A DNA stretch of 64,000 nucleotides, from the NCBI GenBank assembly GCA_004375895.1, contig SOJW01000011.1, positions 637 to 64,636 of the forward strand, written 5' to 3'. Positions within the stretch are counted from its first letter, which is position 1. Every line of letters starts with the position of its first letter. The stretch is from Candidatus Stahliibacteriota bacterium. Its GTDB lineage: Bacteria > Hydrothermota > Tepidihabitantia > B3-TA06. Below the pieces are notes generated by a model, which was not told the DNA's origin, made no database searches, and worked only from the letters and a program-made list of their open reading frames with translations. Shown here one piece after another: positions 35,413 through 43,883 of the stretch. The translations under genes were made by a program, and so were the position numbers.

Positions 35413-36367
35413 TATATGCGTCGATCTTGTCCAGATACACCCCGTCGAAACCCTGGGCCATGATTACGTCTAGATACGAGGAGTCGGTACCGAAGATTAT
35501 CTGCTTCCAGGCATTCTCCCAGTAGCGCACCAGATAGTTGCCTTCCCAGTCGGGATTTTCCTCCTCGATCCACTCCGGCCGATCCTTTTTGCGGTCCCAC
35601 TCCTCCTTCCAGTAGAAGCGGTAGTCCTCGGCCTCGCCTATGGACATATACGCCAAGATTATGGCGCCGGATTTCTCTTTGAGACCAGAGATCTCAGCGG
35701 ATGTGTAAAGTCCGTCGTCGTCCGCATGATCCATAACTATGAGGTCGAACCCCAGGGACGCCAAAGAGTCCAAGAACTTTGATCGGCTTAACGATTCCCC
35801 ATGCTGAAGGATGTAGATGAACTCGGTTACTTCATCAAATGAGTTGATAGGGTCCTCATTAGGACTAGGTTCGTGTCCAGGATTGATAGTCAGATGGATC
35901 AATTCGCGCACCGCGCAGTAGGGGACGAAACCCTGAGTCTGCGATCTGGAGTAGGCACTGTCTATCTTTGATCTGATCTGGGGGGTGAAGGATGGAGTCT
36001 CTGGATCGTCGAATGGATAGTCCACGGTCAGCACCAGCTTGCCCGCATCCCGGAAGTGTCTCAGTTCCTGTTCCCACTCTGATGTGACCTCGGCAGGTGT
36101 TGCAATACCGTCATCATCATATCCGTAGTAGAGCTCCTCCTGTCCGATGCCGTCCACCGCATCGAGGTAGCCTTCCCCGTTCCATAAATCGGGGTTGTTC
36201 TGGGGGAAGATGAGGAAGGTAGAGTCTTCTGACTCAGCGTAATCAGAGATCTCGATAACGAAATCCACCATCTCCTGGCGAAAGTCAAGATCGGGAAGAT
36301 CGTCCCCGCATCCTGCGAGCAGCAGAAAAACAAACGCGGCTCTAACGGAAGATACAAATCGGTTCAT
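35402..36367 (-). CDS. Lipoprotein, TM1410/MJ1477-type (GH114-like) putative glycoside hydrolase
   Basis: Lipobox LLLAGC. GFDGVYLDKIDAY and the surrounding pattern match my recollection of this family. Confidence 0.6.
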   Translation of the reverse strand: MNRFVSSVRAAFVFLLLAGCGDDLPDLDFRQEMVDFVIEISDYAESEDSTFLIFPQNNPDLWNGEGYLDAVDGIGQEELYYGYDDDGIATPAEVTSEWEQELRHFRDAGKLVLTVDYPFDDPETPSFTPQIRSKIDSAYSRSQTQGFVPYCAVRELIHLTINPGHEPSPNEDPINSFDEVTEFIYILQHGESLSRSKFLDSLASLGFDLIVMDHADDDGLYTSAEISGLKEKSGAIILAYMSIGEAEDYRFYWKEEWDRKKDRPEWIEEENPDWEGNYLVRYWENAWKQIIFGTDSSYLDVIMAQGFDGVYLDKIDAYSSF

Positions 36368-36391
36368 CAGACACTCCAGATTGTTTTGTCT

Positions 36392-36424
36392 GCGATCTTT
36401 TGTCCGTTAGGACAAAAGGAGCAC
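36392..36424 (-). repeat. R1 element copy overlapping the rocD stop codon
   Basis: The reverse complement reads GTGCTCCTTTTGTCCTAACGGACAAAAGATCGC. The TAA stop lies in the hairpin loop. Confidence 0.7.
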
Positions 36425-37612
36425 TTCTTTGATTCTTTCCAGCGCCCAGTCGAGCTCTTCGGCGGTGATAACCAGAGGCGGCGCGAAGCGGATCACCTGG
36501 TGATGGGTCTCCTTGGCAAGGATACCTTCATTGCGCAGCCTCTTGCAGAAGTGACGAGCTGTGCCCGAGCTTTCCTTGATGACCACACCGATCATCAAAC
36601 CCTTGCCGCGCACATGGTCAACGTGAGGGGAGTCTATCTTGCGGAGTTCGTCCATAAAGTAGGAGCCAAGCTCAGCCGCGCGCTCGGGGAGCTTTTCATA
36701 GATGATCACCTCAAGGGCTGCAATACCAACGGCGGAGCCCAGGGGATTGCCTCCGAAGGTGGAGCCGTGATCACCCGGGGTAAACACCTGCATGATGTCA
36801 TTGTTGCAGACGATAGCAGAGACGGGATATACACCTCCGCCTAGGGCCTTGCCCAGGATGTAGATATCGGGAACAACGTTTTCGTGCTCGCAGCAGAACA
36901 TCTTACCGGTGCGGCCCAGTCCGGTCTGGATCTCGTCGGCGATGAAGAGAACGTTGTGCTTTTTACAGAGTACCGCGGCTTCCTTAAGGTATCCTTCTGG
37001 CGGGACAATCACGCCGCCCTCCCCCTGGATGGGTTCTACGAGAAAGCCGACCGTGTTCTCATTGATCGCGTTCTTGAGTGCTTCGATGTCACCGTAGGGG
37101 ATGGTCACAAATCCAGGGGTGAAGGGGCCGAATCCGTCGCGGTACTGAGCCTCGGTGGAAAAGCCGACGATCGTGGTGGTGCGGCCGTGGAAGTTACCTC
37201 GGCAGGTGATGATCTCGGCTGCGCCCTCTGCAACGCCCTTGATCTTGTATCCCCACTTTCTGGCCGCCTTGATCGCGGTCTCCACCGCCTCGGCACCGGT
37301 GTTCATGGGCAGGGCCTTCTCTTTACCTGCGACCTTACAAAGCTTTTCGAGAAATTCTCCCATTCTGTCGTTGTGGAACGCCCGCGAGGTAAGGGTGATG
37401 CGCTCGGTCTGCTCGATCATCGCTTTGAGAATTTTTGGGTGTCTGTGTCCCTGGTTGACTGCCGAGTAGGCGGCCAGGCAGTCCATGTATTTATTCCCGT
37501 CAACGTCCCATACCCATACGCCTTCGCCCTTGCTTAAAACCACATCCAGCGGGTGGTAGTTGTTGGCACTGTATCTTTCTGTCTGGGCAAGAATTTCTTG
37601 TGTCTTTGACAT
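36407..37612 (-). CDS. rocD: Ornithine aminotransferase
   Basis: Very close full-length resemblance to Bacillus RocD as I recall it ([44 protein letters not shown]). Confidence 0.9.
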   Translation of the reverse strand: MSKTQEILAQTERYSANNYHPLDVVLSKGEGVWVWDVDGNKYMDCLAAYSAVNQGHRHPKILKAMIEQTERITLTSRAFHNDRMGEFLEKLCKVAGKEKALPMNTGAEAVETAIKAARKWGYKIKGVAEGAAEIITCRGNFHGRTTTIVGFSTEAQYRDGFGPFTPGFVTIPYGDIEALKNAINENTVGFLVEPIQGEGGVIVPPEGYLKEAAVLCKKHNVLFIADEIQTGLGRTGKMFCCEHENVVPDIYILGKALGGGVYPVSAIVCNNDIMQVFTPGDHGSTFGGNPLGSAVGIAALEVIIYEKLPERAAELGSYFMDELRKIDSPHVDHVRGKGLMIGVVIKESSGTARHFCKRLRNEGILAKETHHQVIRFAPPLVITAEELDWALERIKEVLLLS

Positions 37613-37650
37613 CTTCTCTCCTTGATTTAGGGACTTTCGTGAGCCTGCAA

Positions 37651-37679
37651 AGTCTAGCCAGGGAAGGCGCGTATGTCAA
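37651..37679 (-). promoter_or_regulatory. Sigma70-like promoter of rocD
   Basis: On the minus strand: TTGACA, 17 nt, TAGACT. A leader of about 38 nt carries AAGGAGAG. Confidence 0.5.
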
Positions 37680-37727
37680 CCGAACCTACCCCACGCCGTC
37701 GCTAGACAACGCCACGTCGATTTAATC

Positions 37728-37795
37728 GCGATCTTTTATCTTAGTGCACTCCGTGCACTAAGATCACAAGTGTGCCCGTAGTCAAAAGGAGCATT
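37728..37795 (-). repeat. R1 element copy with an enlarged core, abutting the hydrolase stop codon
   Basis: The reverse complement reads AATGCTCCTTTTG...CTTAGTGCAC-GGA-GTGCACTAAG...ATAAAAGATCGC. It contains a perfect 10-bp stem. Confidence 0.6.
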
Positions 37796-38788
37796 TTAAG
37801 GGGTCCCCGACCAGTTGCGTAGCGACTGGTTGGGGTGTAGGAGGCTGAATATCCTGCGCCAGAGCCGGCCGGTGAGATAAACGGTTATGTGTCCGCCGGG
37901 AAGTATATCCTCGCCGCACCCCCAACCCAACGAAAGTTCCCTTAAAGAGTCCGGTGGCGCAAGCGGGTCCTCGTGCGCGCCGATAAGATGGATACGCTCT
38001 GGGTCTATCACCGGCATTCCATGCACAGGTAAAAAGAGGTGGCGGAGCTTGTTGAAGACCTGAACCCTGTCTTGCTCTCGCACGCCGTTGCGCAGGGCAC
38101 TAAAGAGAGGCGAATTAAGAAAGAGCTCCTCAGGCCGCACGACCGGGGTGAGGAGCAGTGCTTTTGAAACCTTAGGTTCTGCAAGTGCAAGCAAAGAACC
38201 AACCCAGCCGCCGAGGCTGAAACCCAGAATCGCTATATCCCTTGATCCCAACTCCCAAAGTGTGCGTATTAAAACGCGCGCATCGCAAACCGCCTGTCTG
38301 ACGGCTCGAAGGGTGCGCACTACATCTGCGGTGATGGCAAGCTCGCCGGAACGGGTTTCTCGAGGTGCGCGGCGCCCATGGTAGGGAAGGTCCATCGCCC
38401 ACAGATTGCGGCCGGAAAGTCCGATCCAATGCGCCAAACGCGAGTAATCGGTCGTCCCCTCAAGCCAGGCTGAAAGCACTATCACCGCCGGAGCAGAGAG
38501 GTGATGTTTGGGAAAAAACTCTCCTTGCGCCAAGTCGTTCTCACCGTATCCTGAAGACAGGGGGGAGTCGAAACGGAACGTATAGCTTAGGGGATACTCC
38601 GAGGTTCTTTTGAGTTCAACACGGGTTCGTTTGGATAGAGAGAAGAACTCCTCAGGGCTCGCTTTCTCAGCGCTTGCGGTGAAGCGGCGAAGCTTTAGGG
38701 GATCGGTGCGGTCACCACGCTGGGCAAGCCATCGGTTGATAGCGCTGAATAGGCGTCGATCTACACGCCGGGAGTAAGCACGGAACAT
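37796..38788 (-). CDS. Alpha/beta-fold hydrolase
   Basis: GFSLGG nucleophile elbow. Length and pattern fit the fold. Confidence 0.7.
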   Translation of the reverse strand: MFRAYSRRVDRRLFSAINRWLAQRGDRTDPLKLRRFTASAEKASPEEFFSLSKRTRVELKRTSEYPLSYTFRFDSPLSSGYGENDLAQGEFFPKHHLSAPAVIVLSAWLEGTTDYSRLAHWIGLSGRNLWAMDLPYHGRRAPRETRSGELAITADVVRTLRAVRQAVCDARVLIRTLWELGSRDIAILGFSLGGWVGSLLALAEPKVSKALLLTPVVRPEELFLNSPLFSALRNGVREQDRVQVFNKLRHLFLPVHGMPVIDPERIHLIGAHEDPLAPPDSLRELSLGWGCGEDILPGGHITVYLTGRLWRRIFSLLHPNQSLRNWSGTP

Positions 38789-38822
38789 TAATTTATTCTA
38801 TTCAAGAGGGGAGCGAACGCAA
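38789..38822 (-). promoter_or_regulatory. Candidate promoter abutting the hydrolase ATG (leaderless layout)
   Basis: On the minus strand: TTGCGT, 16 nt, TAGAAT, 6 nt, ATG at 38788. The -35 box is weak. Confidence 0.3.
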
Positions 38823-39329
38823 GGGTTGACGCGAGCTCTGGGAGAAGGTCGGAGCGAGCGGAAGCGACGTAATTGCTTTACCAAAGAGTGCCGATATCGA
38901 ACTTGCCGAGATGGAGGTCGTGAGTATGGGCCGTAGGTCGAGGCGAGTGCAACCGGCTAAGCTGCTTGACTTTCCGGCATGATTGTATAGACTTCTTTTC
39001 TCGAAGCTGATAGAAGCCGAGATGGCGGTCGCGAGCCGCGGATGAAGATCGTGGCGAACGCAAGCGACGCAGTTGCTTGACCAAAGGGTGAAGCCATCAA
39101 CATAAAAAGATTTAATAATAGCCGAGATGGCAGGACGTGAGCCGCGGATGAAGATCGCGGCGAGCGCAGGCGACGTAGTTGCTTGACCAAAGGGTGAAGC
39201 CATCAACATAAAAAGATTTAATAATAGCCGAGATGGCAGGACGTGAGCCGCGGATGAAGATCGCGGCGAGCGCAGGCGACGTAGTTGCCTGCACTAAAAA
39301 AGGAGCCATCTACATTAAAACTTGTAATA
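38811..39329 (+). repeat. Tandem array of about 4.5 units of 103-111 bp, each beginning with the 5' end of the downstream tRNA-Leu
   Basis: Unit starts (GCCGAGATGG) lie at 38905, 39016, 39121 and 39227, and the tRNA starts at 39330. Units at 39016 and 39121 share an identical 3' 50 nt. Units at 39121 and 39227 share an identical 5' 62 nt. Confidence 0.85.
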
Positions 39330-39413
39330 GCCGAGATGGCGGAACAGGCAGACGCGCTAGCTTCAGGAGCTAGTGGGGGCAACCCCGTGGGGGTTCAACT
39401 CCCCCTCTCGGCA
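39330..39413 (+). tRNA. tRNA-Leu (anticodon CAG), class II with a long variable arm
   Basis: Manual cloverleaf: acceptor GCCGAGA/TCTCGGC, anticodon loop TTCAGGA, T-arm GGGGG-TTCAACT-CCCCC. CCA is not encoded. Confidence 0.9.
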
Positions 39414-39420
39414 TTTAATT

Positions 39421-39460
39421 ACCCCAAGCCGTCACTTCGTAACGCCGCGGGGACCCCGAG
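39421..39460 (+). repeat. R2 element copy, 8 nt after tRNA-Leu and fused to R1
   Basis: ACCCCAAGCCGTCA-CTTCG-TAACGCCGCGGGGACCCCGAG. Confidence 0.6.
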
Positions 39461-39463
39461 ATA

Positions 39464-39496
39464 AATGCTCCTTTTGACCAGAGGTCAAAAGATCGC
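39464..39496 (+). repeat. R1 element copy
   Basis: AATGCTCCTTTTG-ACCAGAGGT-CAAAAGATCGC. Confidence 0.75.
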
Positions 39497-39555
39497 AGGA
39501 TAAAAAACGTAGGGGCCGACGTTAACTCAGCCTCACTTATAAAGGAGTGATCCCC

Positions 39556-40494
39556 TTGACAGCAAAGAAGCAGAGGGTATCCTTTCTCGTTAATCGGCAT
39601 AAGGAGGCCTTGTTGCAAAGGAAAGTCTCGCTTTTTATAAGTTTTGTCTTAGCAACCGGCTCGTTTGTCCTGGCCTGCGATAACGACGACTCCACTACGC
39701 CGCCTGATCCTACCGACAACAACACCATCGAGACCGCCTGGGACGTCAATCTGCCCTATGTAAAGGAATTTACCATTCCGGCAGACGACCCTGCAGAGGT
39801 CTTTCACTTCGGCATCGGCCCAAAAAAGGCCTTCGCTTCAGTGATCGTTATAAAGGTTAACCTTCTGGAACCGACGGGCACCTCCTTCTACCTTAAAGCT
39901 GAACTCTTAAGTGAAAACCAGCCCCCGCTTGTGCCGGACGCTCGCGAATCCGATCTGGTGCCTGCGGTATGGGTGGCAAGTCGTCCCGAACAAACCTACT
40001 ACCTTCGCATCACCCCTGTGGGCGATCCAGGAGGGGACCGCTACCGGTACAGGCTCGAGATAGCCTCATCCAACATCAACGATCCCTTTGAACATGACGA
40101 CGACACCGCATCGGCCACGCCGGTGCTTTTGGGAATAGAAACAACCGGAGCTTATCTTTGCGATGCCTTCTCAGACACCCTTACGCCTATGGCTTCACTT
40201 CCCGACTTCTACCGCTTGGAGCTTGAGGATACCACCTATCTTTACGTAACAATCAAAGACCTTGGAGGCGACTGCAAGCCTTTGATGCGTCTTTACCTGC
40301 CCGATGGAGAGCTGTTCGAGGAAATCAAGGATACTTCAGCGGTCTTTGATCTTACCGGTTCTGGCTTTTCGCCAGGCGATTGGTTCCTTGAGGTAACGGA
40401 CGCCAGAGGTTTCTATCCAACATACGGCGAGGGCGAGGTAGCGTTCAACTATCTCGATCCTTATACCGTGCTTGTCTCAACCTACCCTCAGTGA
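39556..40494 (+). CDS. Lipoprotein with two PPC-like (pre-peptidase C-terminal-like) beta domains
   Basis: TTG 39556 lies 8 nt after AAGGAG. Lipobox FVLAC. Two similar modules are present (YYLRITPVGDPGGDRYRYRLEI and DFYRLELEDTTYLYVTIKD). Confidence 0.55.
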   Translation: MTAKKQRVSFLVNRHKEALLQRKVSLFISFVLATGSFVLACDNDDSTTPPDPTDNNTIETAWDVNLPYVKEFTIPADDPAEVFHFGIGPKKAFASVIVIKVNLLEPTGTSFYLKAELLSENQPPLVPDARESDLVPAVWVASRPEQTYYLRITPVGDPGGDRYRYRLEIASSNINDPFEHDDDTASATPVLLGIETTGAYLCDAFSDTLTPMASLPDFYRLELEDTTYLYVTIKDLGGDCKPLMRLYLPDGELFEEIKDTSAVFDLTGSGFSPGDWFLEVTDARGFYPTYGEGEVAFNYLDPYTVLVSTYPQ

Positions 40495-40506
40495 AGGAAG
40501 TAGGAA

Positions 40507-40863
40507 GTGATGAGACAAAAGCAAGTTTGGATGATCCTTGCTCTTTTGAGTGTGCTTCTTTTTGTGCTTTTCTGCGAGCCTGTGGGTCCTGAGATCGAAA
40601 GGGTCACGGCTGATAACCCTTCTCTTGCGCCGGGTGAAAGCACACTCCTGCACTGCTACGTTTACAATCCGCTGGGGGCTGAGTTAACCTACGTTTGGCA
40701 GGCCGATTTGGGAAGGATCGAGAATTTCGGCGAGTTGGCTCGTTGGACAGCCCCTGAATCGGTAACCAGCAACTTAATCGTGACGATTACCGTGACCGTG
40801 AGCGATGAGTGGGGGCGGATGGATGAAGAAAGCATCTCCCTTGAGGTAAAGGCGAATCCCTAA
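40507..40863 (+). CDS. Small secreted Ig-like/PKD-like domain protein
   Basis: Signal peptide. Single beta-sandwich-like domain (GESTLLHCYVYNP...YVWQAD...ITVTVSDEWG). Confidence 0.5.
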   Translation: MMRQKQVWMILALLSVLLFVLFCEPVGPEIERVTADNPSLAPGESTLLHCYVYNPLGAELTYVWQADLGRIENFGELARWTAPESVTSNLIVTITVTVSDEWGRMDEESISLEVKANP

Positions 40864-40912
40864 GGATAGATAGGGGAACGCCTTAGCGTTCCCTTAATCA
40901 TTCCGATTAAGC

Positions 40913-42322
40913 CTAACGAATGACAACAAGCTTCGCGCTTGAGGTGTAATCTGCCGCCTCAAGTCGCACGAAGTAGACCCCTGTCGCGAGTTCTGCTTGA
41001 TTGATTGGGATCGAGTGCTCTCCAGCAGCATAAATCCCTGACGCGATGCAGGTAACCCTGCGGCCCGAGGCATCGTAGAGGTCGAGGCGAATGGTGGATT
41101 GCTTGGATAAGTTGAAGCTAACCGTGAAACACTGGATTTCGAGACGGAAAGGATTGGTCACGCTGGGCTGCTCAGCTATCGCTTCGACAAAAGGCTCCTT
41201 GCTCTTAGCATAGAAGATTTCGCCAAACTCTTCGTTCTCGTCCCACTCGGAGTAGGTGACATGGCCGTAACCTTGAGCATCAATTACAAAGAAACGTCTC
41301 TCGTCCTGATATTCAGGTCTGGTTGGAGTATTGGTTATCTTCTCCCAGAACCAACTTTCCGCGGTTTTGCCTGAGTAATAAATGTCGTACCCCTCATCAG
41401 CGGAACTGTAACCGGGCCATGCTATATGAGGGTTATTCAGGTAATCAACCGCAATAGAGGGAAATTCTCCCCAAATCCCTCCATCCTCGGTGGTGTCGGA
41501 GGCCCACTCGTTCGTCCAGTCCCCGCTGCTGTTGGTGATGTATCCGATCCAACCCTCACTATGGGCTATATGGAAGTATCCATGGGCATCAATCTCTGCC
41601 GAAATATCCAAGATACCCCATTCTTGCGTGTAAACCTCTTCTGTCATCCAGTCGGGGCTCGCCGAGCGGGAGGAACGAAACGCATGCCAAAGCGTGCTCT
41701 CAAAATCAGCCCCAGTAGTGTAAAAGACGTGTGGGGTATTGTTACGATCAATCACCATATCGTAGTTGTGGCCGGACAGCTGATCGGTGATCAGTTCATA
41801 ATGAAAGCTTCCTTCATCGATCCATCCGTAAAAAAGGAGAGTTGTGTCATCTGGCTCTTCTCCTACTGACTGGGGGTAAATGATATGTACGTTATCTTCT
41901 CCATCCAGTCTAATTACAGGTATATATCGATCTTGTGGATCATTGGTGAGTTGAGTCACTGTAAACTCGCCACTGGTATCCGCAGCCAGAAAGATCTCAG
42001 TGGTGTCGTCCCAGTCGTAAGTATTAACAAGCACTACGTAGGCGTTGCCTTTTGAGTCAAAGTCAAAGCTGGCCCATCCGGCGCTTGGCATTATCCCTTT
42101 GATGACCCAGGAACCGGTTGCATTTGAAGCAAACATAAGTGAATCTTCTACCTCTCGGTACTGATAATAGACAATGCCTACGTTTCCGTCGGTATCCAAT
42201 GCAATCATCGACCCGTCGTTCCAGTGATTTTCTCCGGTGGTCACCTGCTCTATCTCCCACTCGACGGCCGAGAGCACTAAGACACCCGCCAAAAGGACCA
42301 AGGCTATCTTTCTCATCGTCAA
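40913..42322 (-). CDS. Secreted repeat (propeller-like) protein with a T9SS C-terminal sorting domain
   Basis: Signal peptide. C-terminus IRLDLYDASGRRV...GVYFVRLEA...AKLVVIR is typical of T9SS CTDs. Paralog of 42389-43804. Confidence 0.75.
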   Translation of the reverse strand: MTMRKIALVLLAGVLVLSAVEWEIEQVTTGENHWNDGSMIALDTDGNVGIVYYQYREVEDSLMFASNATGSWVIKGIMPSAGWASFDFDSKGNAYVVLVNTYDWDDTTEIFLAADTSGEFTVTQLTNDPQDRYIPVIRLDGEDNVHIIYPQSVGEEPDDTTLLFYGWIDEGSFHYELITDQLSGHNYDMVIDRNNTPHVFYTTGADFESTLWHAFRSSRSASPDWMTEEVYTQEWGILDISAEIDAHGYFHIAHSEGWIGYITNSSGDWTNEWASDTTEDGGIWGEFPSIAVDYLNNPHIAWPGYSSADEGYDIYYSGKTAESWFWEKITNTPTRPEYQDERRFFVIDAQGYGHVTYSEWDENEEFGEIFYAKSKEPFVEAIAEQPSVTNPFRLEIQCFTVSFNLSKQSTIRLDLYDASGRRVTCIASGIYAAGEHSIPINQAELATGVYFVRLEAADYTSSAKLVVIR

Positions 42323-42388
42323 CCTCCTCTGGTTGAGTTTGCTTATATTAGGATAAGCTAATAACTTAGTCTGTCAATCCCCGGATGA

Positions 42389-43804
42389 TCAGTGCGTAAC
42401 TACAAACTTAGCGCATGCCGAGTGCCCCCCGGCCTCCATCCTGACGAAGTAGACCCCTGCCGAAAGTTCTGCTTGATTGATTGGTACCGAGTGCTCGCCG
42501 GATTCATAGACACCTGACGCGATGCAGCAAACCCTGCGGCCTGTGGCGTCGTAGAGGTCAAGACGGATCGGACCAGCCTGAGGCAAGCTGAAGCGAACCG
42601 CTTCTTCTATCACCTCCAATCCTAGAGGCGTTCTCTGAGGAGGGCTCTCGTTAATACACAGAGGGTGTTTGGATTTAAGATAGAAAATATGTGCGGCATC
42701 CTCCACATCATCCCACGCCGAGTAAACCAGATGTCCGTAGCCTTGAGCATCTATGGTGAAAAATCGGCCGCTTCCCGGCCACTCGTCGTTGTCAGGATCA
42801 CTGGTTACCGCCTCTTCCATCCAACCTTCATCTGTTTTTGCCGCGTAATGGATGTCAAGAGAGCCGCCAATTTCAACCACCCACGCGATATGGGGGGTGT
42901 CCTCGTAATCAGCGGCAACGCATGGAGAAAACAGCCCGGCTTCCATCTTGCATCCTTGCGCAACGTATTCCTCTTCCCAGACATTACTACCAATATCCGT
43001 AAGGTAGAAAATCTCCTCCAAACTTTCGCCGGTTCTGAAGGCTACATGAGTCCTACCAGAGGTATCCACACAGGCCGATGGTAATACTCCAAAGGTATCG
43101 CTGAGGGTTTCAGTCGCCCATCCATCGGGACAAGGAGTCGACCGACAAATATAAGCACTGTCGTCAGAGAAAAATGCATACGGGAGAGAGTATTGGCCCC
43201 AACGGATGAAATCAAGTCCCCAGATAATCGCGGTGTCAATCACTTCTGACAATAGGTTTCCGCTATTTGTAATAGATCCGTATTTGACAATTGCCAGCTC
43301 CTCATCGTAGTCGGATTCGGTGTATGCCAGGGTGGGTTTACTCTCGCCCAAGGCTATAACCGGCCAGAGTTGATAATTCCCATCGTCGGTGAGTTGATTG
43401 ACCTCGAAGGTACCGCTGGTGTCGGTGACAACGTAAAGATTCATTGTGTCTGAAAATAACTCGTTGAAGTCAGTAAACGCCACGTAGAAGTTTCCATTTT
43501 CATCAACCGCGAAGCTGCAATAAGATAGGTGACCTTCAATCTCTTCTTCGAAGAAACCATAGGTCACTGGGCTAACTAATCTTTCAACCCATTCGCCCGA
43601 TTCCTTTGTAGTTACTTTAAGCGAACCTTGTTCTACACCCTCCATCCTTTCAACGAACAGAATGTATGGATTCCCTTGTTCATCCAGAGCCAGTTTGGGA
43701 TTAACCCGGTAGAACTGATTATCATCAGGTACCTGCTCAACCTCCCACTCCACCGCGGATAACGCAACCACGATTGTTAAAAGGGCTAAAACGACCTTCT
43801 TCAT
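42389..43804 (-). CDS. Secreted repeat protein with a T9SS C-terminal sorting domain (paralog)
   Basis: Shares SAVEWE(I/V)EQV, RFF.IDAQGYGH..YS and a near-identical CTD with 40913-42322. Confidence 0.75.
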   Translation of the reverse strand: MKKVVLALLTIVVALSAVEWEVEQVPDDNQFYRVNPKLALDEQGNPYILFVERMEGVEQGSLKVTTKESGEWVERLVSPVTYGFFEEEIEGHLSYCSFAVDENGNFYVAFTDFNELFSDTMNLYVVTDTSGTFEVNQLTDDGNYQLWPVIALGESKPTLAYTESDYDEELAIVKYGSITNSGNLLSEVIDTAIIWGLDFIRWGQYSLPYAFFSDDSAYICRSTPCPDGWATETLSDTFGVLPSACVDTSGRTHVAFRTGESLEEIFYLTDIGSNVWEEEYVAQGCKMEAGLFSPCVAADYEDTPHIAWVVEIGGSLDIHYAAKTDEGWMEEAVTSDPDNDEWPGSGRFFTIDAQGYGHLVYSAWDDVEDAAHIFYLKSKHPLCINESPPQRTPLGLEVIEEAVRFSLPQAGPIRLDLYDATGRRVCCIASGVYESGEHSVPINQAELSAGVYFVRMEAGGHSACAKFVVTH

Positions 43805-43883
43805 CTCGATCCTCCTACTTATTGGTTTTCAGGATAATAATCCCGAACGTCAGATTGTCAAGAGAGTGATTTTTGAAAAGGTC

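Noticed and set aside
38802-39309. Three overlapping minus-strand ORFs (135, 77 and 65 aa) with repeated peptide segments across the tandem array
   Set aside because: They are by-products of the ~105-bp DNA repeat. Unit lengths (111, 105, 106 and 103 bp) do not preserve a reading frame. There is no SD or promoter, and the peptides are low-complexity.
38811-39329. Possible CRISPR array
   Set aside because: There are no short conserved repeats alternating with unique spacers. The whole ~105-bp unit is repeated, and no cas genes are nearby.
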